DNA of 64,000 nt from the human T2T-CHM13v2.0 reference genome, Homo sapiens: NCBI RefSeq assembly GCF_009914755.1, contig NC_060944.1; one strand, given 5' to 3'. Made by a program: the position numbers and the translations under genes. Below the pieces are notes generated by a model. It was given only the letters and a program-made list of their open reading frames with translations. It was not told the origin of the DNA and ran no database searches. Within the stretch, counting starts at the first letter, position 1. Each line of letters begins with the position of its first letter. Below are positions 1 through 13,770 of this stretch, one piece after another.

Positions 1-1631
1 ATGCTGCTGAATTCGGTTCGCCAGTACTTTATTGAGGATTTTCACATTGATGTTCATCAGGGATATTGCCTGAAATTTTCTTTTTTTGTTGTGTCTCTGC
101 CAGGTTTTGGTATCAGGATGATGACTGTCCTCATAAAATGAGTTAGGGAGAGTCCCTCTTTTTCTGTTGTTTGGAATAGTTTCTGAAGGAATGGTACCAG
201 CTCCTCTTTGTGACTCTGGTAGAATTCAATTGTTAATTGTCTGGTCCTGGGCTTTTTTTGGTTAGTAGGCTATTAATTACTGCCTCAGTTTCTGAACTTG
301 TTATGGTTTATTCAGGGATTTGACTTCTTTCTGGTTTGGTCTTGGGACAGTGTATGTGTCTAGGAATTTCTCCATTTCTTCTAGATTTTCTAGTTTATTT
401 GCATAGAGGTGTTTATAGTATTCTGTGATAGTAGTTTGTATTTCTGTGGGATCACTGGTGATCTCCCCTTTATCATTTTTATTGTCTGTTTGATTCTTCT
501 CTCTTTTCTTCTTTATTTGTCTGGGTAGCGTTCTATCTATTTTGTTAGTCTTCAAAACACCAGCTCCTGGATTCATTGATGTTTTGACGGGTTTTTCGTG
601 TCTGTATCTCCTTCAGTTCTGCTCTGATCTTAGTTATTTCTAGTCTTCTGCTAGCTTTTGAATTTGTTTGCTCTTGCTTCTCTAGTTCTTTGATTTTAGA
701 TCTTTCCCACTTTCTCCTGTGGGCATTTAGTGCTATAAATTTCCCTCTAAACACTGCTTTAGCTGTGTCCCAGGTATTTTGGTATGTTGTGTCTTTGTTC
801 TCATTGGTTTCAAAGAAGTCATTTATTTCTGCCTTAATTTTGTTATTTACCCAGTAGTCATTCAGGAGCAGGTTGTTTAGTTTCCATGTAGTTGTGTGGT
901 TTTGAGTGAATTTCTTAATCCTGAGTGTTAGTTTGATTGCACTGTGGTCTGAGAGACTGCTTGTTATGATTTCCATTCTTTTGCATTTGCTGAGGAGTGT
1001 TTTACTTTCAATTATGCAGTCAATTTTAGAATAAGTGGGATGTGGTGCTGAGAAGAATGTATATTCCGTTTATTTGGGGTGTAGAGTTCTGTAGATGTCT
1101 ATTAGGTCCACTTGGTCCAGAGCTGAGTTCAAGCCCTGAATATCCTTGTTAATTTTATGTGTTGTTGATCTGTCTAATATTGACAGTGGGGTGTTAAAGT
1201 CTCCCACTATTACTGTGTGGGAGTCTAAGTCTCTTTATAGGTCTCTAAGAACTTGCTTTATGAATCTGGGTGCACCTGTATTGGGTTCATATATATTTAG
1301 CATAGTTAGCTCTTCTTGTTGCATTGATCCCTTTACCATTATGTAATGCCCTTCTTTGTCTTTTTTGATCTTTGTTGGTTTAAAGTCTGTTTTATCAGAG
1401 ACTAGGATTGCAACCCCTGTTTTATTTTTTTGCTTTCCATTTGCTCGTTAAATCTTCCTCCATCCTTTTGAGTCTATGTGTGTCTTTGCATGTGAGATGG
1501 GTCTCCTGAATACAGCACACTGATGAGTCTTGACTCTTTATCCAATTTGCCAGTCTGTGTCTTTTAATCGGGGCATTTAGCCTGTTTACATTTAAGGTTA
1601 ATATTGTTATGTGTAAATTTGATCCTGTCAT
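1..1631 (-). pseudogene. Disrupted L1 ORF2 (endonuclease and following region)
   Basis: Frameshifted pieces at 1422-1631, 545-976 and 301-576 resemble ORF2p ([32 protein letters not shown]). Confidence 0.92.
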
Positions 1632-1689
1632 TATGATGGTAGCTGGTTATTTTGCCTGTTAATTGATGCAGTTGCTTCATAGTGTTGAT

Positions 1690-2835
1690 GGTCTTTACAA
1701 TTTGGTATGTTTTTGCAGTGGTTGGTACCGGTTTTTCCTTTTCCATATTTAGTGCTTCCTTCAGGAGTTCTTGTAAGGCAGGCCTGATGGTGATAAAGTC
1801 TCTCAGCATGTGCTTGTCTGTAAAGGATTTTATTTCTCCTTCACTTATGAAGCGTAGTTTGGCTGGATATGAAATTCCAGGTTGAAAATTCTTTTCTTTA
1901 AGAACGTTGAATATTGGCCCCCACTCTCTTCTGGCTTGTAGGGTTTCTGCAGAGAGATCTGCTGTTAGTCTGATGGGCTTCCCTTTGTGGGTAACCTGAC
2001 CTTTCTCTCTGGCTCCCCTTAACATTTTTTCATTCATTACAACCTTGGTAAATCTGACAATTATGTGTCTTGGGACACATAATAAGAGCACCTGGGGGAA
2101 GGGGCGGCTGTGAGTGCAGCTTTAGCAGAAGTAAATATTCCTGCCTGCTGACTCTAAAGACAGCAGTGGATCTCCCAGCACAGCGCTCACGCTCTGCTAA
2201 GGGACAGACTGCCTCCTCAAGTGGGTCCCTGACCCTTGTGCCTCCTGACTAGGTGACACCTCCCAGCAGGGGTCGACAGACACCTCATACAGGAGAGTCC
2301 TTTTCCAAGTTGTTCCATTCTCCCTTCACTTTCAGGTACACCAATCAAACGTAGGTTTGGTCTTTTCACATAGTCCCATATTTTTTGGAGGCTTTGTTCA
2401 TTCCTTTTCATTCTTTTTTTCTCTCATCTTGTCATCACTCTTTATTTCATTAAGTTGATCTTCAATCTCTGATATCCTTTCTTCCGCTTGATCGATTCGG
2501 CTATTGATACTTGTATATGCTTCACGAAGTTCTCGTGCTGTGTTTTTCAGCTCCATCAGGTCATTTATGTTTTTCTCTAAACTGGTTATTCTAGTTAGCA
2601 ATTCCTCTAACCTTTTTTCAAGTTTCTTAGCTTCCTTGCATTGGGTTAGAGCATGCTTCTTTAGCTTGGAGGAGTTTGTTATTACCCACCTTCTGAAGCC
2701 TACTTCTGTCAATTTGTCAAACTCATTCTCTGTCCCATTTTGTTCCCTTGCTGACGAGGAGTTGTGATCCTTGGGAGGAGAAGAGGCATTCTGGTTTTCG
2801 GAATTTTCAGCCTTTTTGCATTGGTTTTTCCTCAT
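1690..2835 (-). pseudogene. Disrupted L1 ORF1, interrupted by an inverted 5'UTR copy
   Basis: ORF1p-like pieces at 2398-2835, 2217-2411 and 1564-2091. Confidence 0.9.
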
Positions 2836-5316
2836 CTTCGTGATGTGGACGTCCTTTTTGTTGATGTTGATGCTGTTCCTTTCTGTTTGTTAATTTTCCT
2901 TCTAACAGTCAGGCCCCACTGCTGCAGGTCAGCTGGAGTTTCTTGGAGGTCCACTGCACACCCGGTTTGCCTGGGTATCACCAGCAGAGGCTGCAGAACA
3001 GCAAAGATTGCTGCCTGTTCCTTCCTCTGGAAGCTTTGTCCCAGAAGGGCACCTGCCAGATGCCAGCCGGAGCTCTCCTGTATGAGGTGTCTGTCGACCC
3101 CGGCTGGGAGGTGTCACCTAGTCAAGAGGTAAAAGGGTCAGGGACCCACTTGAGGAGGCAGTCTGTCCCTTAGCAGAGTGTGAGGGCTGTGCTGGGAGAT
3201 CCGCTGCTCTCTTTAGAGCCAGCAGGCAGGAATGTTTACTTCTGCTGAAGCTGCGCTCACAGCCGCCCCTTCCCCCAGGTACTCTATCCCAGGGAGTTGG
3301 GAGTTTTACCTGTAAGCTCCTGACTGGGGCTGATGCCTTTCTTTCAGAGATGCCCTGCCCAGAGAGGAGGAATCTAGAGAGGCAGTATGGCTACAGCGGC
3401 TCTGCGGAGCTGCAGTGGACTCCGCCTAGTTTGAAGTTCCTGGCGCTTTGTTTACACTGTAAGGGGAAAGCTGCCTCCTCAAGCCTCAGTAATGGCAGCT
3501 ACTCTCCCTCCCCACCCGCCCACCAAGCTTGAGCATCCCAGGTCCACTTCATACTGCTGTGCTGGCAGCAAGAATTACAAGCCAGTGGATCTTAGCTTGC
3601 TGGACCCCGTGGGGGTGGGATCTGCTGAGCTAGACCACTTGGTTCCCTGGCTTCAGCCCCCTTTCCAGGGGAATGAACAGTACGGTCTTGCTGGCGTTCC
3701 AGGCGCCACTGGGGTATGAAAAAAAACTCCTGCAGCTAGCTCGGTGTCTGCCCAAACAGCCACCCAGTTTTGTGCTTGAAACCCAGGGCCCTGGTGGTGT
3801 AGGCAACCAAGGGAATCTGCTGGTCTGCAGGTTGCGAAGACCATGGGAAAAGCGTAGTATCCAGGCTGGAATGCACCATTTCTCATGGCACAGTCCCTCA
3901 TGGCTTCCCTTGGCTAGGGAAGGGAGTTCTCCGACCCCTTGTGCTTTCTGGGTGAGGTGATGCCCCACCCTGCTTCTGCTCGCCCTCCCTCTGTCAACCA
4001 GTCCCAGTGAGATGAGCCAGGTACCTCAGTTGGAAATGCAGAAATCAACCGTCATTGATCTCGCTGGGGGCTGCAGACCGGAGCTGTTCCTATTCGGCTG
4101 TCTTGCTCCAGAGCCCAATTCTTCTCAATCATTTTTTTCTTACCCAGAGTTGTCTGTTTTTCCACAGAGTATCTTTTCTGTGCAGTTAGGAAAGTTGATG
4201 ATATAGCATACTTCATCCACTGTACTTTGATCTGGGATTTTCTTCTTAACCATTGATACTGGTTTCTGTAAGTGTTAATGCTGGCACTTTCTTCATGTTA
4301 CCGGATGATGTTAATGAAAGGTTTTCAGACAGTTGCTAGCTCATATTCTTTCTTCAACTGTTCGTTAAATGGATTGTTGCCTGGAATGTTGAGAGGTTGC
4401 AATTGTCCAGTTATATCACTGGAAAAAACAACTAAGTTCTTATACAGGCAGAGAGAACTGTCATTGTCACCACCTCTTCAGTAGCAACTATAAATGTCTT
4501 TAATTGTAAGCCATCTGCCAATTTCAGAGAAGTTAACATGTTAGGGGAAAAAACGCATCATAGAATTGAACATATATAGTATGTTGAATTTGTTTTGAAA
4601 TTCAGGTTTTTGTGTCTTGTAATATTTGAGGCTTTCCTCCTTCCCCCATCATGCCTAGCCTAGTCAAAATACTTTTTATTGAATTTATTAAAATAATTAC
4701 AGTTTATCATGATCCATAGTTTAGAAAAAGAAAGGATATGGGGGCAAGATGGGTAACTTCAGTGACTTTAAGGGCTGAAAGCAACAATTTGGAGCATCGT
4801 GTCAAAGTTGTGGGAATCTGATTTTAGAACAATATAAGAAAAAATTTAAAAAATTTTAATTACTTCTGAATGAAGTGGACTCTGACAGTGAATTTGCTGT
4901 CATTGAAAGTATTCAGAGAGGTTCTAGATACAAATCACCCAGACACAGTAAAAGCAATTTCTTCACTGGGTGGTAATTGAAGAATATGTTGTTTAATGTG
5001 TTTTTCTGACTATTGATATTCCTATTCTAAAATAATTTACCTTTGTACTAAGTGGCCTTCTCTTTTCAGATACTCAACAATGTAATTTATCGATACTTTC
5101 TGTTATTGATTGGAACACCATTGAGTTTCTTTCTTAATGTAAGACAGGCAACTAAATGCAAATTACTGTTCTGTTTCTAATTAAGTGATGAAATACACTA
5201 AGCCAGGTCATTCTTTGAAACACTGATTGACACAGTGGGAGGAGGGAGCTAAGAAATAGTACTTTTTTTCCTTGCAGATTTTACTTGCAAAGTATTGTAA
5301 CCTGATTTTCCTTCAG

Positions 5317-5585
5317 GTCACCTAGATTGGAGTACAGTGATGCGATCTTAGCTCACTGCAGCCTCCAACTCCAGGGCTTAAACCATCCTTCCACTCCTAG
5401 CTCAGCCTCTGGAGTAGCTAGGACTACGGAAACTTGCTACCACTTGTGGCTATTTTTTTATTTTTTGTAGAGACAGGATCTTGCTATGATGCCCAGGCTG
5501 GTCTCAAATGCCTAGGCTCAAACCATCCATCTGCTTCAGCCTCCCAGTGTGCTGGGGTTATAGGCATGAGTTACTGTGCCCAGCC
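5317..5585 (-). mobile_element. Alu (old, AluJ-like), tail-truncated
   Basis: Diverged antisense Alu body. Confidence 0.85.
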
Positions 5586-5657
5586 TATACTCTTCTAATT
5601 TTTGATTCTTTCAGGGTTTAGTTGGTGAAAGAGCCATTATGAATTTTATTTTTTAAT

Positions 5658-5945
5658 TTAATTTCTTTTTTTTTGAGATGGAGTCTTGTGGTGATGCCCA
5701 GGCTGACGTGCAGTGGCGTGATTTCGGCTAGCTGCAACCTCTGCCTCCCGGGTTCAAGCGATTCTCCTGACTTAGCCCCACTGAGTAGCTAGGACTACAG
5801 GCACACACCACCATGACCAGCTAATTTTTGTATTTTTAGCAGAGACAGAGTTTTCCAGTGTTGGCCAGGCTGGTCTCGAACTCCTGACCTCAGAGGATCT
5901 GCCTGCCTTGGCCTCCCAAAGTGCTGGGATTACAGGTATGAGCCA
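5658..5945 (-). mobile_element. AluS with TSD gaattttattttt(t)aat
   Basis: Alu consensus match; direct repeats at 5641-5657 and 5946-5961. Confidence 0.93.
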
Positions 5946-7954
5946 GAATTTTATTTTTAATCAAAAAAAGGTTTTAAGGAAATGGCTCACCTTCCTTCCC
6001 TCCCTCCCTCCCTCCAAAGGACTTGTGGTCAGACTCTTTGGAATTGCCAGTACTTAATCAGCTGAATGAAGAATTTTCTGATCTTTCTGTTTAGTAGTTC
6101 AAATGGTCATTACCAGGATTCTTTGTATACTTTTGGGGAGCAAATTAAATAGATGAAAGACAGCCAACTTTTAGGATGAGAGATAGGCATAGATATATCG
6201 TTTTCTTATCTTCTTCCACATACTCAAATTTAGATATCAGGTTATCCATGATTTGCTTTTTAGTTCACCAGACATAGTGAAGTTAACACTCCTAATTTAG
6301 TTTTGGCTATATATAACTTGCTAACAGCTCTAGCCTGGGATTTTAAAGACAGCTTAACTATGTTCATGGAATGCTATGACTGGCTAAATATGACTCTTTA
6401 ATGTTTCATAAAACATGTCTTTTTCCTAAATAGGGTTGTAACATTCTCTTAAATATTTCATGCATGTCTTTCTCTCTCTGTGAGACAGATCTCTCTAGAT
6501 TTCTCTGGTTTTATTTCTGACATGCTATATGAAGTACTTTTTATTTAAAAGTAAGTACAATATGTAGTATCTCAGTGTGCATATGGCTTGGATGCTTACT
6601 TTGACGATGAAAAATTGCTTAAATATGCTGACATCTGAATTGTATCTGTAAATTAATGTTAGCAACTTGAGACTCAGTAATTGTTTCTTAAAATGGATTC
6701 TAATTAGTTACAAGTAAAAAGTAACTTTCCCTTAAATGTTGGTTGTATTAATTACAAATACTTTAAAAAGATATATTAAAATGATAAATCTAATTTTTTT
6801 CCTGGACATTGATTTATGTTGTGTGATGACATAACAGTACTGGAAATCAGTAGAGGTGACACTGCTGTACATTTGTAGCTATTTATATTTTGTTGTATTT
6901 TTATAAAACAAAGAAATACATCAGATCATAGTCATTATAAAGCATTAAAAAGATATGAAAACATACAGTTAAAAAATGATAGCTTCTCCTTCCCTAAACA
7001 CCCAATTCCTAATGAATAAATACGTTAAAAATTAGGTGATTATCTTCCCACACTTTATGCATTTTTAGTTTATTTAATGCACCATTGTGTCAGACATTGT
7101 TCTAAGGATTAACAAATAGAAGAGAGTTTATATGAAGAGGCAAAAACACTATGAAGTAAATAATAATATTGGGAATTGAGGCCTAGAGAGGTTAACTAAT
7201 TGTATGGTTAACCTAGACAGTCTGGCATTAAGATCTGTGCTCTTAGTCATGTTGCGTCTTATGCTTTTACAAATATACTATTAATATATGTACTCATATA
7301 TAGTATTTTGTTAGCTTTTAGTGTAAAAATTTATTATTGTACATGGTGCTTTGAGGCTTGTTTTTTTCTCACTTAAAACTATTTTTTGATGATCTCATTA
7401 TTTTTTAAATGGCTGTGTATGTTTTACTATAACTTATTTAAATTTATTTACTATAAATTATTTTATCTTTAATGAACTATTAGTTTTTTTCCAAAATTGC
7501 AAGCAAGGTTGCAGTGAATATGTTTGTTACCCTTGTGTATATGTGTGAGGATTTTTTGTGAGATTCCTACAAATGATGTTGGGTCTGAGGCAGTGCATAT
7601 TTAACACTTAAGTAAAACTTCCAAATGACCCTTCAAAATGGCCGAAAAGGTTTATACCCACATCAGTTTTATATGAGTACCTGTTTTCTCATAACTTTGC
7701 CAACAAAAGGTACAAATAATCCCTGAAATATTTGCCAGTGGGGGGTAAAGACTAGTAACGCCTTGCTGTTACTATTTGCATTTCTTAACATTTTTTATTT
7801 CTTAGCCATCTGAATTTTTTGGGTCAATTACCTGTTCATAACCTTTGCCCATTTTTTTCTATTGCATTGCCTGTTTTTGTATTTTAACTTTGTAAATGTT
7901 AACAGTATTTTTAAGTTTGTTGTTGAGCACTATATAAGTTGGCTGTGGAACCAC

Positions 7955-8160
7955 TATAGTGATTGAGAATGCAGACTTGCACCAGACAGGCTAAATTCTA
8001 GCTCTGCCACTTCTTTGGGAATATGCCTAATCTTTGTACATCAGTTTCTTCATTGGTAAAGTGGGATTAGTGGTGGTACACCTCAAGAGATTATTGTGAG
8101 GATTAAATAAATTATTAATTACAAACAGCATATAACTTTCTGATCTTTAGTAAGTGCTAG
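7955..8160 (+). mobile_element. MIR
   Basis: MIR core motifs cagtttcttcattggtaaagtggga and ttgtgaggattaaataa. Confidence 0.7.
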
Positions 8161-8692
8161 CTTTTATAATTATTATTGCTCTAATGATTTATGCTATCTT
8201 GTTATTAGCACAATTTTCAATTTTTAGTCACCTGTTTTAAAAAACTGTCTTTTTACTAAATTAAGACTCTCTTCATTCTAATATTTATAAGAAGAAAGTA
8301 GAGTTTAAATTTCTTCAGAAGCTTGGTTTTTCTTTTTTTTTTTTTTTTAACTTTTGGTATATTTTCTATATGGAATTTCTTTTTGTGTGGTAGGCGGTAA
8401 GTTGTCTTAGTTTTTTTCCCCCCAGATATCTATCTAGTTATCTTCACTGATTAAAAATTCTGTGTTAGTCATGTATTAAAGTTTTCATGTATGTAGAAAT
8501 CTTTTTCTAGATTCTTTATTTCATTATTCCCCTTGCGATCTGTTTATTAACTCTTGTGTCAGTATGCCACTGTTACAGTTACAATAGTTTCTTTATATAT
8601 TTTGATAATTTTGGAAAAATCCCCTCTCATCCTTCTGTTTTAGATTTGTCATAGCTGTTTTGATACACTTTTCCAGACTGATTGTAGATTCT

Positions 8693-8754
8693 ATTCTATT
8701 CATAGAATATTCATAGCATTCTATTCATAGAATATTCATAGCATTCTATTCATA
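8693..8754. repeat. 25-bp tandem repeat, about 2.5 copies (attctattcatagaatattcatagc)
   Basis: Directly visible. Confidence 0.85.
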
Positions 8755-9176
8755 TTCTATTAAAACATCCTGTTGGGTTTTGAAAGGGCTAATATCTTTA
8801 CAGTGTTGAGTGTTCTTATGCAAGGATATATCTTTCCCAAAAAATTAATGAACGTGATACATGCACATGGAGAAAGAATCAAACAGTACAGAAGAGCATA
8901 AAATGAAATACAAGTCTTTCTTTCAAGCTCACACCCCAAATCCATAACCACCATTAGTATTCATGTATGGATGTGTATGTGCTTCATGGCCTTATTCAAT
9001 CAAGCACCCTAGTCTTGATTTACTGCTATATTCCAGAAAACCTTTCAATTTATATAAATGTGTGTGTAGAATTTACCTTTCCTTTTATCACACAGAATGA
9101 TGCTCTAGTATTCTTCACTCTTTTGTATCTTTTACTTTTTTCCACTTTGTAATGTATCATGGAAATCCTTTCATAA

Positions 9177-9520
<344 letters not shown>

Positions 9521-11107
9521 CCTACTTCACCTATTTTTAAAGGCTTCATTGTCTGTCATTGTATGGAAGTACTGTGGTTTTATTTAATCACCCCCTATTC
9601 ATAAGCATTTTGATTATAATAATTTTCATTTTGCTAGTGTAACTAATACAGTATGTTCTTAGAGATTTATTTTTGTATTCTTGTGTTTATGTCTGTAAGA
9701 ATAATTTCCAGCCATGGAATTGCTAGGGTATGCAATTTCAAATTGACAGACGTTTTTAGTTTCCACTTTAAAAATGTTGAACCAACGTTATATTCCCACT
9801 TTTAGTGTATGCAAATGCATATTTCTCAGCACCAACACTGGATTATATCAACTGCATTATTTTTGCCAGTATGAATGTTTTGCTATTTTTAAAATCATGA
9901 GTGAGATTAAACCTGTTTTAACATTCGTCAGCCGTTTATTATAACAAATAACATTTATTGAGCACTTACATGGGCTAGGCACTGTTCTAAGTGGGTTGCA
10001 TATTCATTTAATGAATTGTTTCCTCACATCATTTGCTCATTTAAAAAAATGTTTTTTCTTAGTGAACTAAGAGTTCATTGTACATTAAGAAAATTACCTT
10101 TAATCATATGTATTGCAGATTTTTTCCATTTTACTTATTGTCTTGATGTGTATGTATACATTTTATACACAGTTTTACATTTTTATGTGCTTAGATTATG
10201 TTTTATGATTTTTTTCTTCTTGGTCTTAATCGGTTTTGGTTAAGCTTATTGCTTAACCATGAATATGATCATTTTTACCATATAATTTCCTAATTGGTTA
10301 TTGCTCAGTTATAGGTAAGTGTTGATTTTCAAATACTGGTGTTGAACTCTGTTATTCATCAGTCTTTTAAGGCATACTCTTGGACTTTATAGGTAGATGA
10401 TAAAAGCTTCTGCAAGTATTTTTATAGCTTTGTACTTGCTATTTCTCTTTCTTTTCCTTTGCATTAGCTAAGGTCACCAGTACAGTGTTAAACAATAGTG
10501 CTCATAGCAGGCATTCTTGCCTTGACTTTAATGCATTTTGTTATTCAGTGAGATTTATTCATGTATTAATTAATATGATAGTAATTTTACTGTTTAGGAG
10601 CACTTATTTTCAGGGAAAGTAGCCTACTAATTAGACATTAACAAGAAGGTAAAGATACCTAACTTTTATATCAGTATGTGGTCTTGTGCAAACAGTGTAT
10701 TCTCAACTCTCCCATTTATATAGTGAGGATAATTATTAATCTGTAATGTAAAATTCCTGTAAATGACTAAGCAATATGTAAAATATCAGAGCCCACATAT
10801 TAAAGTATCATCATATGACAGGTTGCCATTTGTTGAGTTATTTTCAAGTGCTTACGGATATTTTACACTGGGGCATGACTTCTGAGTTCGTGGAAAATTT
10901 TTTGTTCTGAATTTTTCAGAATGGCTGATCTGAATAATAACGTATATGTTTCATCAGCATAATATGAGTAAAGCCTATTCAAACCTTTACATTTCTTTCC
11001 TGTCGGTTCCCAAAATTATTCAGAGAAATGGAGGGGTAAAGTAGTATAGATAAACAAAATTGTTCATCACCAGCCCATGTTTGAAATATACCATTAAGAT
11101 AGACAGC

Positions 11108-11402
11108 GGCTGGGCGCGGTGGCTGACGCCTGTAATCCCAACACTTTGGGAGGCCAAGGCGGGCGGATCACGAGGTCAGGAGATTGAGACCATCCTGACT
11201 AACATGGTGAAACCCCGTCTCTACTAAAAATACAAAAAATTAGCCAGGCGTGGTGGCGGGTGCCTGTAGTCCCAGCTAGTCTGGAGGCTGAGGCAGGAGA
11301 ATGGCGTGAATCCAGGAGGTGGAGCTTGCAGTGAGCCTAGATGGCGCCACTGCACTCCAGCCTGGGTGACAGAGCGAGACTCCGTCTCAAAAAAAAAAAA
11401 AA
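11108..11402 (+). mobile_element. AluY
   Basis: Full-length, gaatggcgtgaa and gagcttgcagtgag, poly-A tail. Confidence 0.95.
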
Positions 11403-11824
11403 GCTAGCAGACAGCAGTTATTCAATAATGAATAAGACACGATTTCTGCCTTTTTGAATTGTATATGAGGTTAAGTAGCCTTTACTTGTCTTCCCAAGTG
11501 AGATTTACTGAAACTAACATTTTAGTAGTCTCCCATTCCTAGCACAATGCCTGGAATCTGTTGGGTTCTCAGTACATTTTTGCTTAGTGTACTTGAACTT
11601 CAGTGTTTATGAAACATAGATTCCTGCATATTCTGGTTCAGTAGGTATTAATTAGGACCCAGGAGTCTGCGCTGTTAACAAGCACCTCAGGGTGTTTTCC
11701 GGTGGTTTCTCTTAATAAATACAAAGAAAATTTTCTGAAGAGAGATGTTATATTCATCTCATAGAAAATCAATTTTGGGTGGGAGGAAGTTTCACTGTAA
11801 TCTTCATGCCTTATACAAAGGTAA

Positions 11825-12122
<298 letters not shown>

Positions 12123-12605
12123 CATGTTGATTATTCAGCATTGATTACTTGCAGTAATTATGGAATTAGTTTTTAATTTACTAATCCAGCGTTTTGTGGT
12201 AAAGTTACAATTTTAAATGTAGTTTAAAAATAAAACGTTTTTAAACTGGTCTCTGTTTTTCCTCCTTGGGACCTTGTCATAGCTTAGGTGGAGCTTGAAA
12301 TAATGAAGCGTGTCAGATGTGGCATAACATGGTTTTTTAATGACCAAAATGTAACTTTTATTTTAAAGGGTATTATATACCTGGTTATATTGAAAGGTAG
12401 CCTTGAGATGTATAAGAGCCTTCTTTGTATTGTTACACACTCTTCCAAAATATGGACAAATCATAAATGATGAAAACATGATTGCAATTTTGTAGAATTT
12501 ACTAGTTTTGGCATCATTAATTTGGCCAAAATACATGTAATAATGGGAATTTAATGCATTATAGGTTTCTATAAAAATTCTACAATTATAGAAATATTTT
12601 TACAG

Positions 12606-12717
12606 TGTCCTATTCAGTAATTAATAAAGCCTTCTTTCATGCAATTATAAATGAATACCAATGTCCTATTCAGTAATTAGTAAAGGCTTCTTTCATGCAG
12701 TTATAAACAGATACCAA
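12606..12717. repeat. 56-bp tandem duplication (2 diverged copies)
   Basis: tgtcctattcagtaatta...ataccaa at 12606-12661 and 12662-12717. Confidence 0.9.
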
Positions 12718-12778
12718 TATTTTGTATTGGTGGACGTGAAAATATTTATTTGGTAATCTTAGTAAGGGATGCATATTT

Positions 12779-12869
12779 TTTGATTGAAGACTATGCATTT
12801 ACCCAGCTCAAAGGAATGGATATTTTATTTTTGAATTTAACTCAGTGATGTCGCTAATCTATGTGAACA
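12779..12869 (+). repeat. 91-bp dispersed direct repeat, copy 1
   Basis: Matches 15096-15186 with 2 mismatches. Confidence 0.95.
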
Positions 12870-12981
12870 CGCCAACTGTGTGTGTGTTGGTGGGGGGGGT
12901 AGTTAGTAACCATGGAGCTAAGGATTGATGAAGGTTGGTGATAAAGGGAAACATTCCCTTGGAATTAAGACATTGTTCCTT

Positions 12982-13260
12982 GCTGGGTGCAGTGGCTCAT
13001 GCCTGTTACTCCAGCACCTTGGGAGGAGGCTGAGGCGGGTGGATGGTTTGAGCCCAGAATTTCCACACCAGCCTGTGCAATGTGGTCTCTACAAAAAAAA
13101 ACCCCAAGAAAATTAGCCCAGCATGGTGGTGCGAGCCTGTAGCCTCGGCTACTCAGGAGGTTGAGGTGGGCGGATTGAGGCCAGAAGCGGGAGGCAGCAG
13201 TGAGCTTGTGAGGGTACGGGGGCGAGATAACTGTCTCAATTAAAAAACAAACAAACAAAA
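12982..13260 (+). mobile_element. AluJ-like, degenerate
   Basis: Diverged Alu body with A-rich tail. Confidence 0.85.

Positions 13261-13770
<510 letters not shown>

Larger units (their letters stand above)
1..4115 (-). mobile_element. Primate LINE-1 (older L1PA, roughly L1PA7/8-like): 5'UTR, broken ORF1 and the 5' part of ORF2; runs off the window start
   Basis: ORF fragments MTGSNLHITILTLNVN (ORF2 endonuclease start, 1631), MRKNQCKK (ORF1 start, 2835) and KPIRLTADLSAETLQARREW. The reverse complement of the L1 5' end (gagctgttcctattcggctgtcttg) lies at 4081-4105. Confidence 0.95.

Noticed and set aside
301-2835. L1 ORF1/ORF2 as functional genes
   Set aside because: Multiple frameshifts, stops and an internal rearrangement; not retrotransposition-competent.
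12779-12869. 91-bp duplicate as a snoRNA
   Set aside because: Only an imperfect C-box-like gtgatgt, with no properly placed D box or terminal stem.
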